Shown: piece after piece, positions 19,413-29,002 of the stretch
Layout of the letters: every line of letters starts with the position of its first letter
How positions within the stretch are numbered: position 1 is the first letter of the stretch
Assembly (NCBI GenBank): GCA_963819655.1
Contig: CAWFXA010000002.1
Location: forward strand, 1,120,001 to 1,184,000
DNA length: 64,000 nucleotides
From: an uncultured Chloroflexia bacterium
GTDB taxonomy: Bacteria > Chloroflexota > Limnocylindria > Limnocylindrales > CSP1-4
Direction: 5' to 3'
Notes under the pieces: generated by a model
Database searches by the model: none
What the model was told of the DNA's origin: nothing
What the model saw: only the letters and a program-made list of their open reading frames with translations
Position numbers and translations under genes: made by a program

Positions 19413-20485
19413 GGCGACCTTCATCGACCCCGATCCGGATGCGGACCGGGGAACTGCCGAGGCCGTGTTCGAGGCACTCGCGGCGTTCAGCCCGAGCCTC
19501 GCCGGGACGAGCGATCCACTCGACGTCGGGTTCGGGCTGTTCGAGGTCGGCATCGACGGCCTCGGGCCGTTGTGGGGCGCCGAGCCCGTGCTCATCGAAC
19601 GGCTGGCCGGAGCGGTGTCGCGGGCGCTCCCCGGGGATGCCAGGCTACGGACCGGGATCGCCGGCACGCACTTCGCGGCGACGATCGCCGCGATGGCCGC
19701 CCGCCCGGAGGCGCCGATCGCCGTGCCGCCCGGGGACGAGGGCGCGTTCCTCGCCGATCGGCCGTCGGGCCTCCTCACGACCGACCCGGACGTCCGCGCC
19801 CGGCTGACCCGCTTCGGGCTGCGCCGGATCGGCGCCGTGGCCGAGCTGCCGCGGATCGGCGCTGATCGCCCGCTTCGGCGAGGAGGGCGCTCGATTGCAT
19901 GCGCGCGCCAGCGGCCAGGAGACCGAGCCGTTCCGGGCACGTCGGGCGACCGAGCGCCTGGGTCTCGCCCTGCCGATCGAGCCGCCGGTCGAGGACCTCG
20001 AGCCGCTCCGATTCGTCCTTCATCGACTGGTGGCGGCGCTCGCCGGGCAGCTCACGGGACGGGGTCTCGCGGCGGACCGGGCGATGCTGACCCTCGAGCT
20101 CGATCTCGCGTTCGCCCCGACCGGGACCTCGCCGCGGATCGAGGTCGAGCAGCGTTTCCCGGAACCCACCGCGGACGCCGAGGCCGTCGAGCGTCTGCTG
20201 TTCGCGCGCCTCGAGCGGGAGCCGCCGCCGGCCGCCGTCCAGCGTCTCGACCTGGAGTTGCGCGGCACGACGCCGGCCGCCGGCCAGCAACTGCCGTTGT
20301 TCGTGCCACAGGCCGCGCGGACGGCACGACTCGGCTGGCAGCTCGCCCGGCTGGCGCTGACCTACGGGGAGGATCGCATCCGGCGGGTCGCCATCACCGA
20401 CCCCGAGGCGCCACTGGCCGAAGAGCGCTGGACGTGGCAGGCCGTCGGGCTCGGTGGTGACGGCCGGGACGGGTCGCCGGCGTGA
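19210..20485 (+). CDS. imuB: ImuB-like catalytically dead Y-family polymerase, frameshift at ~19854
   Basis: ARTLGVRRGMPL, LAAFSP, LTRFGLRRIGAVAELP|RSALIARFG, QQLPLF clamp-binding motif; lacks the Y-family catalytic Asp motifs. Confidence 0.85.
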
Positions 20486-20730
20486 CCCGGCTGCTGCGCG
20501 AGCATCCGCGCATCGACGTCGAGCTGGACGATGACGGCAGGCTCGTCGCGATCCGCTGGAATGGGCGGCGCGAGGCGGTCGAGGTCTGCAATCGATGGCG
20601 GGTCGAGGAGTCGTGGTGGCGCGACCCGATCGCGCGCGACTACGCCAAGGTCGTCGGGGAGCGCTGGCTCGCGCTCATCTACCAGGACCGCATCGCCGGG
20701 ACCTGGCATCTCGAACGCCTATATGACTGA
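20482..20730 (+). CDS. Small protein typical of imuB-dnaE2 cassettes (DUF6504-like)
   Basis: RWRVEESWW, RDYAKV, LIYQD, WHLERLYD; GTGA overlap with the imuB stop. Confidence 0.75.
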   Translation: MTRLLREHPRIDVELDDDGRLVAIRWNGRREAVEVCNRWRVEESWWRDPIARDYAKVVGERWLALIYQDRIAGTWHLERLYD

Positions 20731-20745
20731 CCAGGCGTCGGTCTA

Positions 20746-20850
20746 TCAGCTGAGGGGCGACCCGAGCGTCAGGCTGACGACGAACAGCACGAGTAACACG
20801 CCGACAGCCAAGATGAGAGCGCCGAGGTCCCGAGGCCGAGCGGACTGCAT
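20746..20850 (-). CDS. 34-aa single-TM small protein (absent from the ORF track)
   Basis: MQSARPRDLGALILAVGVLLVLFVVSLTLGSPLS; GGGGAG RBS; TGA TAG double stop. Confidence 0.6.
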   Translation of the reverse strand: MQSARPRDLGALILAVGVLLVLFVVSLTLGSPLS

Positions 20851-20914
20851 CTGCGTTCTCCCCCGATACGGCCCGGAGTCCCGGCCCGTGGTGCCAGCAT
20901 ACAACGCCCGGCCG

Positions 20915-21433
20915 CTACGGACCCGGACAATCTGCGCCGTAGAGGACAGACACGAACGTCATGTCGCCCAGCGGCACGATGCTCGTCCGGATCCGGCAGT
21001 CGCCCTCGCCGACCGAGTCGATGACATGCCCGCCATCCTCGCCCGGGCCGTTCATCGCCTCCGTGCTGAAGGTCGCGGTCTCCAACGCATCCTGCATCCA
21101 TTGGGCGATCGCCAGGGGATCGCCGCCCTCGACGGCGAACCGGGCGCTGGCCGGCTCACCGGTGGCGTCGTCGGCGGGAGTTGCGCCCGGGAACAGCGGG
21201 AACCCGGCCGGCACGGCGTCCCAGATCCGGCCCCAGTCGGTATCGGTCTGGCCAGCCTCCGGAGCGGTGGTCGGCTCGGCGCTGGGGTCGGCGCTCGGGT
21301 CGGGCGCCGTCGACGCCGATGGAGGGGCAGGCACGGCCGACGGTGATGCCGCGCCCGGTCCGCACGCCGAGAGGACGAGCGCAACGCCGGCGAGAGGGAC
21401 GGTGAGAAAGAGGCGGCGCCTGCGCGTGGTCAT
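20915..21433 (-). CDS. Lipoprotein of unknown function
   Basis: RRRR n-region, lipobox LSAC, Pro/Ala/Ser linker, small domain with two Cys. Confidence 0.8.
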   Translation of the reverse strand: MTTRRRRLFLTVPLAGVALVLSACGPGAASPSAVPAPPSASTAPDPSADPSAEPTTAPEAGQTDTDWGRIWDAVPAGFPLFPGATPADDATGEPASARFAVEGGDPLAIAQWMQDALETATFSTEAMNGPGEDGGHVIDSVGEGDCRIRTSIVPLGDMTFVSVLYGADCPGP

Positions 21434-21529
21434 CGTCGCGAGTCTAGCCGTGGTTCCCGATCGCCCCCGAATCGAACGGGGCCGGACGTCGGTCCGGCCC
21501 CGTTCGTGACGTCGAAGTCCCCGCGAGGG

Positions 21530-23138
21530 TCACTCGCTGTAGACGTCGTTCCAGTCGCTGACCTTCAACAGGAGGAGCTGGCCGTTCTCGACGTACTCCT
21601 GCACGGTTCCCTTGCCGGTCCCGGCCGGGAGGTTCTTGGCGGTGTGGATCTGCGCATCGAAGATGATACGTGCCGGTGCCGAAGTACCGGCTGGCATCGA
21701 TGATGCCGCTCGATTCCTCGTCGATCGTGAGGCGCGCCGGGTCGTCGTTGGCACCCGCGCCGAACTTCGTCTCGTCGAACCGGGCGATGACGCCGAGGGC
21801 GCCGTCGGAGATGCGGTAGGCGATGATCCGGGCCAGGTGGTTGTTGCCGCCCGGATCCTCCTGGATGAGGATGTTGCCGCGACCGTCGACGGTCATGTTG
21901 TCGGGCTTGTTGAACTTCGGCTCGGTCGCACCGAGCGACTGGCTGCCATCGAGGAGAAGGGTCAGGGTCGCGCCCAGGAACGGTCGCTCGATATCGGTGA
22001 ACCGGAGGCGCCACAGGCCGCCGCCGTCCCGCGCGTCGAGGCCCGTCCCGGACTTCTCGCCGCCCTCGGTGGTGAGGAAGTAGAAGTCATTGCGGTTCCT
22101 CGGGTCCCAGTGGCCGTCCTCGATCCGATTGAGGCTGAGACCGAGGTCCTTGGCAAGCGAGTTCTGCAGCGCGCCGGTGAGGCTCCAGGGGACGTTCACG
22201 AGCGCCACGGGGGCGGCAGTTCCGTTGGGGTACGCGGCTCGCCATTCCGCGTCGTTCGTCACGGCCGGGTTGACCGCGTCGAGCACGAATGACAGGCCGT
22301 TGGTCAGACCGGCACGCACGACCGGAGAGCCCGCCCTCGTCTTCTTGCCGACATAGACCCAGGGCTGGCTGCCGTCGGTCGGGCCGTCTTCCTGGCCCAT
22401 GACGAGCGTCGTGTCGCTCCGGTTGTCGGCCGGGATCGTGTTCTCCCACGAGAACAGCCCGAGCCTTGGCAGCGAGGTGGCCTTGCCGTCGAGGGTGATC
22501 CCGAACGACCGTCCGACGTCGCCATCCTCCTCGTTGCCGAAGAGGATCTGGCCGCGATAGCCGGCGCCGTTGCGCTCGTTGTAGAGCACGCCGGGATCGG
22601 TCAGGGTGGCCGAGCAGAACCGCCCGAACGACAGCTGCTGCGCCGTCATGTCGGCCCAACGCGGACCGGCCGCGACGTAACCGCCGTTGGGGTAATCCCA
22701 GTAGCTGGTGCCGGGCCCGATCAGGTCGGAACCGTGCTTGATCCTGAGGGTCTTCGGATCGACGACGAGCCGGGAGACGAACGCCCCGATCTGGCCGTGC
22801 CGGCGGACGATGCCCTGCTCCTGGCCGGGCGCGTCGCGCAGCTCGTGGTTCATCAGGATCGTGACCTTGTCGTCGACCCTGGTCAGCCCCAGGCCGTCGG
22901 GGATGCCGACCATCTCGTAGCCATTGCTTGCGGCGCCGCTGTCATTGACGGTCAGGAGCGAGGTGATCCGGATGTCGTCGGCGACCGGCAGGATGTAGGG
23001 GTCGGTGGAGGTGCTCGGACCCCTGCCGATCGAGCTGGCACCGAGGGCGGGGACCACGTTGGTGGCGAGGAACGTCAGGCCCAGCAGGACGGCGCTAGAC
23101 CGCCACAGGGCTCGGCGGGAGGGCAACGCGCGATGCAT
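21530..23138 (-). CDS. PhoX-family (DUF839) alkaline phosphatase, Tat-type signal, frameshift at ~21665
   Basis: SRRALW signal; PDG, MNHE, RFCSA, NEE, WEN, RIEDG, KPDNMTV, IQEDPG, ESSG; C-terminus continues in the 21530..21754 frame (IFDAQIH...ENGQLLLL). Confidence 0.8.
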
Positions 23139-23402
23139 CGATACCTACCTCGTGCGGATGCGTGGTGGACGGCCGTATCGTGGTCCGCTCGTCGTGAACG
23201 TCGCGTTCACGGACAGCACATCGAACGCAAACGTTTTGTGGCCGTCTTCCGCCCGGACATGGCAGGACCCCGTCGCCCCCAGCGACGGGGTCCTGTAGCT
23301 GGATCGATGCTCACCAGCGATCCAGCAAGGTCGGCGCCACGACCATCGCAGTCGGAGCCGACAGATCGTCCCGTGCCCCCAGGCGCCGAGACGTCGTGTG
23401 GT

Positions 23403-23546
23403 CTAGATCGACGCCGCCTGCACCGCGAGTGCCGCAGGGAGGACGACGAGGATCAGGAGCAGCGCACCCGCCACGGCTAGGGCCGTCCGGAGCGCGGTCG
23501 CAGCGACCGGTCGGAGCGGGCGATCGAGATGAACGGGAGCGTGCAT
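23403..23546 (-). CDS. 47-aa single-TM small protein divergent from dnaE2 (absent from the ORF track)
   Basis: MHAPVHLDRPLRPVAATALRTALAVAGALLLILVVLPAALAVQAASI; no clear RBS, start 46 bp from the LexA box. Confidence 0.5.
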   Translation of the reverse strand: MHAPVHLDRPLRPVAATALRTALAVAGALLLILVVLPAALAVQAASI

Positions 23547-23591
23547 GCCCAAGAGACGCCGGACATAACGATTCTGTTTCGTGATTCAGTG

Positions 23592-23607
23592 TAGAACATT
23601 TGTTCTA
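23592..23607. promoter_or_regulatory. LexA (SOS) box upstream of dnaE2
   Basis: TAGAACATTTGTTCTA, one base different from the imuA box; overlaps -10-like TATACT. Confidence 0.9.
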
Positions 23608-23650
23608 TACTAGCGGGCCCTCCACCGGCCCCCCGACCGGAGCGACCGCC

Positions 23651-26600
23651 GTGGCGATCATCCCATACGCAGAGCTCCATGCCCATACCAATTTTTCGTT
23701 CCTGGATGGGGCTTCGCCACCCGACGACCTGGTCGTGCGAGCCGTCGCCCAGGGCTTGACCGGGCTGGCCATCACGGACCGCAACGGCCTGTACGGAGCC
23801 GTCCGATTCATGGGCGCTGCCGAGGAGGCCGGACTACACGGGATCGTCGGGACGGAGATCGAGCTGGGCGACTCGGCGGCGCCGGATCCCGCCTCGGTCG
23901 TGATCCCGCCACGGCGTCGACCCAGACGCCGCCGATCCGACGCCACGTCGGTCGAGCCGCCGATCGCGGATGGTCGCCCGGCCCGCCCGCGACCCGAGCG
24001 CGCGAAGCTGCCCGGGCATCGCGACCCGGTCAAGGAGGACATGCGCGGGATCGGCGAGCGGGCACGCGGTCCGCACCTCGTGCTGCTGGCGCGCAGCCCG
24101 GTCGGTTGGCGCAGCCTGAGCCGGCTCATCTCGCACGCGAACCTCGCCGGGACCAAGGCCGTGCCGCGGTTCCGCCACGCGCTGCTCGAGGAGGAGCACG
24201 AGGGCGTCATCGCACTGTCGGGTTGTCACGACGGGGAGATCGCCCGCCGGTTGCGGGTCGGCGACCGGACGGGCGCCAGGGCGGCGGCGCAGCGCTACGC
24301 CTCGATCTTCGGGCGTGGCGACGGACCTGCGACGAGCGGTTTCTTCATCGAGCTCTCACACCATCTGCTGCCCGACGACGACTGGCTCGTCGCGGAATCG
24401 GTGGCGCTCGCCGCGGAGCTCGGGCTGCCGGTCGTCGTCACCAACGACGTCCACTACGCGACCCCGGACGACCGCGAGTTCCACGACGTCCTGACCGCGA
24501 TCAAGCACGGTCGGACGCTCGACACGCTGGCCGATCTCCGTCGACCCGATGCCGAGTCGTTCCTCAAGTCGGGCGACGAGCTGACGACGCTGGGTGCGGC
24601 CTTCGACGGCGAGACGGCGCGTGCCTGGCGGGAGGGGATCGCGACGTCGGTCGACATCGCGGCATCCTGCTCGGTCGATCTCGAGTTCGGGCAGTACCGC
24701 TTCCCGGGCTTCCCGGTGCCGAACGGCGAGACGCCGTTCTCGTACCTGACGGAACTGTGCTGGGCGGGCGCCCGGAGGCGCTACCACCCGCTGACATCCG
24801 CGGTCGTCAAGCGGCTCGCACATGAGCTCGAGGTGATCGAGCGAGCCGGCCTCGCCGAGTTCTTCCTCATCTGCTGGGACCTCATGCGCTTCGCGAAGGA
24901 ACAGGGGATCCCGGCCCAGGGCCGAGGCAGCGCGACCAGCTCGATCGTGTCGTACACACTCGGGATCAGCCGGGTCGAACCGATCGCCCACAACCTCCTG
25001 TTCGAGCGCTTCATCAATCCGGGCCGCACGACGTACCCGGACGTCGACATCGACTTCAGCTCGGAGCGCCGGGAGGAAGTCATCCAGTACATCTACCGGC
25101 TTTACGGGCCGGAGCACACGGGGATGGTCTGCAACCTCGTGACGTACCGGGCGCGGTCGGCCGTGCGAGAGGTCGGCTACGCGCTCGGGTTCCCGCGCCC
25201 GTTGGTCGATCGGGTGGCCAAAGCGCTCGAGACGTACGACTCGGTGATGGTCCGACGCGACCTCGAGGCCGACGGCGGGTTTGCCGAGTTCTTCCGGCGA
25301 ACGGGAGAGGCACTCCCTGGCGAGGCACGCGCAGCCGAGGATGCCGAGTCGCACGGTCTCGTGGACCGGATGGGCCAGCTGAACACGCGGATCCCGCTCG
25401 TCGGGAAGGTGCCGCCTTGGCGCCAGCCACAGAGACCGGAGGATCCAGACGCACCACGACCGTTCGCCTGGCTCCGGGAGGACTCCGCCGACCCCGGCGC
25501 CACTGGGGATGGCTCGCGCGGGCCGTCCGAGGACGACCCCGTCGCCTCTGGGAGTGGCGTCGCGGCGGCCGTCTTCCCGGGATCGATTCTGGTGCCACCA
25601 GAAGAATCGGCAGTGCGAGGGTCACAAGCGGCGCCAGGCGGCACACGCCACGCTCAGGCGAGCCCGATCGAGCCTCCTTCCGGCCTCCGGACCCCCGATT
25701 CGTCTGGTGGGAGCAGAAACCCGGCCGGCAACGACCGGACGCTCTTCCGCGAGGACCCGCTCGCGCCCGTGACGACGATCCGACCGGGCGGCGCGTCCGA
25801 CGACGAGGGTGGCCCGGGCGACTCCCCGGCGAGCGTCGCCTGGTTGCGGGCGGGTCGCGGGACCGGCTATCCGGGCCGGGCAGGCCCGGATCCCGCACCG
25901 ATCCCGATCGACGAGGAGAGCGGCATGACGCTGCCCCCGCCGCGCAAGACCGATCGCTTGGGGCGCCCCAGCATGTGGGACCCGCCGCCGGACAGCCGGG
26001 CCCACAACAGCTCGGTGGCACGCGTCGAAGTCGAGGCGCCTCCCCAGGCCCGCGGCGGGTCCACGGTCGGGCTGTCCCACTGGGAGCGTTGGCTCGAGTT
26101 CTGCGCCCGGATCGACGGCTTCCCGCGCCACTTGTCGATCCACTCGGGCGGGATGCTGGTGACCGCCGCGCCGCTCATCGACATCGCCCCGCTCGAGCAC
26201 GCCACGATGACCGACCGCGTCGTGGTCCAGTTCGACAAGCGCGACGTGGAGACGCTCAAGCTCATCAAGCTCGATCTGCTCGGGCTCGGCATGCTCGCCG
26301 CGATCGACGAGACACTCCAGCTCATCGAGCACGACTGCGCGGTCTGCCTCGACCTCGATCGACTGCCCGAGGAGGTGCCGGAGGTCTTCGCGATGCTCCA
26401 GGCGGCCGACACGGTCGGGGTCTTCCAGGTCGAGAGCCGGGCACAGATGCAGACGCTGCCGAAGTCGAAGCCGCAGAGTCTCGACGACCTCGTGGTCGAG
26501 GTCGCGATCATCCGGCCGGGCCCGATCCAGGGCAACGCCGTCCACCCGTACCTGCGGCGCAAGCAGGGTCTCGAGCCGGTCGCCTACCTCCACCCCAGCC

Positions 26601-27982
26601 TCGAGCCGGTGCTCAAGGACACGCTCGGCGTGATCCTCTACCAGGAACAGGTGATGCGGATCGCGATCGAGGTAGCCGGGTTCTCGCCGGCGGCGTCGGA
26701 CGGGTTCCGGCGGGCGATGGGGACGTGGCGCTCGAGCCGCGAGATGGAGAAGCTCCATCGCCAGTTCGTCGAGGGGGCGCTGCTGCAGCCGGGCATGACC
26801 GAGGACGACGCCGAGGAGCTGTTCCGCCAGGTCTCCGCGTTCGCCTCGTTCGGGTTCGCCAAGAGTCACGCCGCGGCGTTCGCGCGGACGGCGTATGAAT
26901 CGTCGTTCCTCAAGCTGTTCTACCCGGCCCAGTTCCTGGTCGGCCTGATCAACGCCCAGCCGATGGGCTTCTACCCGGTCGAGGTCCTCGTCAATGACAC
27001 GAAGCGCCACGGCGTGGCGGTCCTGCCGGTAGACATCAACGCGTCGTCGTACAAGACGACGACCGAGTGGGTCGGGCCGGACGGGCAGCCCGCCCCCGTG
27101 ATCTCGTCGGGGTGCATCGTCCCCTCTGCGGCGTCGCGTGAGCGCTGGACCGGCGCATCGACCGGCGGTTGGGGCGTGCGGCTCGGTCTCAGCCTCGTGA
27201 AGGGGATCGGCGAGCAGCACGAGGCACCCCTCGACGAGGAACGGGGACGTGGCCCGTATCGGAGCCTGGTCGATGTCGTCGAGCGGACCGATCTCCCCGA
27301 GGAGGTGATCGAACGGCTCATCCGGAGCGGGGCGCTCGACTCGCTCGAGCGCCCGCGGCGCGAGCTGTTGTGGCAGCTCCGCGAGGTGGCCGGGGCATCA
27401 CGCGGGCGGATGGACGGTCGCACGGCGCGTGGCCTCGGCCGGGCGGCCGGCAAGCGCGGTGCGGCCGCCGGCCGACCGATGGACCTGCGCCTGCCGGCGA
27501 CTGATGTGCCACCGCTCCCCGCGATCACCGAGTCGGAGCGGATCGGGGATGCCTATGCGGTCCTCGGGGTCGATGCACGACGACAGGTGGTCGGGCTGTT
27601 CCGCGGGGCGCTGGATCGTCTTGGAGCGGTCACCAATGCCTCGCTCTCGGATCGACGGCCGGGCCGGGTCCGGGTCGGTGGCCTGGTCGTGACCCGGCAG
27701 CACCCGATGACCGCCAAGGGCACGGTCTTCCTGGCGCTCGAGGACGAGACCGGGATGGTCAACGTGACGCTCTGGCCGACGACCTGGGAGCGGCTCCGCG
27801 GCGTGGTCCGCCGCCACGCGCTGCTGCTGGTCGATGGCGAGCTCCAACGCGAGGGATCGGTCGTCAACCTCGTCGCGCACGAGATCCGGTCACTCCCCGA
27901 TGTGGCCGCCGAAGCCGGAGGTCCGGATCAGCCGGGCGGCGTCCGTCAGCTCGGCCATGCCGGCATGCGCCGGCTCGGGTGA
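23651..27982 (+). CDS. dnaE2: Error-prone DNA polymerase DnaE2 (ImuC) with large insertions
   Basis: YAELHAHTNFSFLDGAS, GRGSA, LLFERF, PDVDIDF, GFPRHLSIHSGG, KLDLLGLGML, VFQVESRAQM, FGFAKSHAAAFA, QPMGFY, RQHPMTAKGTVFLALEDETG; start approximate. Confidence 0.95.
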   Translation: MAIIPYAELHAHTNFSFLDGASPPDDLVVRAVAQGLTGLAITDRNGLYGAVRFMGAAEEAGLHGIVGTEIELGDSAAPDPASVVIPPRRRPRRRRSDATSVEPPIADGRPARPRPERAKLPGHRDPVKEDMRGIGERARGPHLVLLARSPVGWRSLSRLISHANLAGTKAVPRFRHALLEEEHEGVIALSGCHDGEIARRLRVGDRTGARAAAQRYASIFGRGDGPATSGFFIELSHHLLPDDDWLVAESVALAAELGLPVVVTNDVHYATPDDREFHDVLTAIKHGRTLDTLADLRRPDAESFLKSGDELTTLGAAFDGETARAWREGIATSVDIAASCSVDLEFGQYRFPGFPVPNGETPFSYLTELCWAGARRRYHPLTSAVVKRLAHELEVIERAGLAEFFLICWDLMRFAKEQGIPAQGRGSATSSIVSYTLGISRVEPIAHNLLFERFINPGRTTYPDVDIDFSSERREEVIQYIYRLYGPEHTGMVCNLVTYRARSAVREVGYALGFPRPLVDRVAKALETYDSVMVRRDLEADGGFAEFFRRTGEALPGEARAAEDAESHGLVDRMGQLNTRIPLVGKVPPWRQPQRPEDPDAPRPFAWLREDSADPGATGDGSRGPSEDDPVASGSGVAAAVFPGSILVPPEESAVRGSQAAPGGTRHAQASPIEPPSGLRTPDSSGGSRNPAGNDRTLFREDPLAPVTTIRPGGASDDEGGPGDSPASVAWLRAGRGTGYPGRAGPDPAPIPIDEESGMTLPPPRKTDRLGRPSMWDPPPDSRAHNSSVARVEVEAPPQARGGSTVGLSHWERWLEFCARIDGFPRHLSIHSGGMLVTAAPLIDIAPLEHATMTDRVVVQFDKRDVETLKLIKLDLLGLGMLAAIDETLQLIEHDCAVCLDLDRLPEEVPEVFAMLQAADTVGVFQVESRAQMQTLPKSKPQSLDDLVVEVAIIRPGPIQGNAVHPYLRRKQGLEPVAYLHPSLEPVLKDTLGVILYQEQVMRIAIEVAGFSPAASDGFRRAMGTWRSSREMEKLHRQFVEGALLQPGMTEDDAEELFRQVSAFASFGFAKSHAAAFARTAYESSFLKLFYPAQFLVGLINAQPMGFYPVEVLVNDTKRHGVAVLPVDINASSYKTTTEWVGPDGQPAPVISSGCIVPSAASRERWTGASTGGWGVRLGLSLVKGIGEQHEAPLDEERGRGPYRSLVDVVERTDLPEEVIERLIRSGALDSLERPRRELLWQLREVAGASRGRMDGRTARGLGRAAGKRGAAAGRPMDLRLPATDVPPLPAITESERIGDAYAVLGVDARRQVVGLFRGALDRLGAVTNASLSDRRPGRVRVGGLVVTRQHPMTAKGTVFLALEDETGMVNVTLWPTTWERLRGVVRRHALLLVDGELQREGSVVNLVAHEIRSLPDVAAEAGGPDQPGGVRQLGHAGMRRLG

Positions 27983-28012
27983 TACGACGAAGGCTGGCGC
28001 GGGCGCGTAGCG

Positions 28013-28774
28013 TCAGCGGCGCGCGCTGGCCTTCTGGTTCGCACTCCTCGCACGCGTCCGACCGTCAGGTCGTGTCGGCGCACCCGGGCGTCCTCGATTA
28101 CCGCGGTTGGGGTTCGAGAGGTACAGGAACCGCCGATACCAGGCCGCGGTCGATGCGAAGAATGCGCCGACGATCGGCGACATCACGTACGAGGCGAAGA
28201 CCACGTCCTGCGCCTGCGTCTGGGTCTGGGCGTTCGGCGCAAGTCCGATGTAGCCGTTCAGGACGAGGAACGAGTAGGCGGTCGCGGCAACGAGGCCGAC
28301 GATCAGGCCGAGGAGCCAGCTCGCCCGCGGGGCCATGAATCCCGCGATGAACACGCCGCCGATCGCCGGAGTCACGATGAAGTACTGGAACAGGAACGTC
28401 ACCAGCACCGGAAGACAATCACCAGGCCGGTCGAGTCCGCACTGAGCCGTGGCCAGGGTCTCTCCGGGTCGGACGACGACGAACAGCACGGCGCTGGCGA
28501 TCGTGAGAAGGACCGGGATCCACAGGGCCCTGTGCCGGAGGAGGCTCGGCAGGGCGCGCAGGTCGGCGCGGATGTCGAGCGGGCGGAAGGCCTCACGGAA
28601 AGCGGTCGCGAACCCGCGACGGACCGCGGTGGTCGCGCCCGGAACCGGTCGCGCCGGGGTCGTGGCCTCGTCCTCCGGTGCGTCCGGGGCGGCGTCGTCC
28701 AGGCCCGCGAGCGCCTGTTCATTGCGATGACGGCGACGGGCCTCGGCTCGGTCGGTCCTCTTGGCGCGGGCCAC
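28013..28774 (-). CDS. Membrane protein of unknown function
   Basis: GTG start after AGGAG; basic N- and C-termini with about four hydrophobic segments. Confidence 0.75.
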   Translation of the reverse strand: MARAKRTDRAEARRRHRNEQALAGLDDAAPDAPEDEATTPARPVPGATTAVRRGFATAFREAFRPLDIRADLRALPSLLRHRALWIPVLLTIASAVLFVVVRPGETLATAQCGLDRPGDCLPVLVTFLFQYFIVTPAIGGVFIAGFMAPRASWLLGLIVGLVAATAYSFLVLNGYIGLAPNAQTQTQAQDVVFASYVMSPIVGAFFASTAAWYRRFLYLSNPNRGNRGRPGAPTRPDGRTRARSANQKASARR

Positions 28775-29002
28775 GGTCTCTCCTGGTATTTCGGGATGGG
28801 GCGTCTGACGGCGCGCGTCATCGTAGTCGATGGATGCGCGCAAGGGCGGATGCGCTTTGGGGCGGACGCCTTTGATCCGGCGGTGCGTGGCTGGTGAGCC
28901 GCGGCTAAGGCCCCGTGCAGCGGCGGTTTGGTCCGCGTCGAGCGGCGCCTGCTATCACTTGGGAGCGCCGCCGCCCGCTCGACCCCCGCCGGGAGGTCAC
29001 GC

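Noticed and set aside
25295-26080. Intein in DnaE2 (AHNS at ~26000-26011 resembles an intein C-terminal HN/S)
   Set aside because: No recognisable N-terminal splicing block or TxxH motif, the composition is disordered, and non-conserved sequence continues after the HNS
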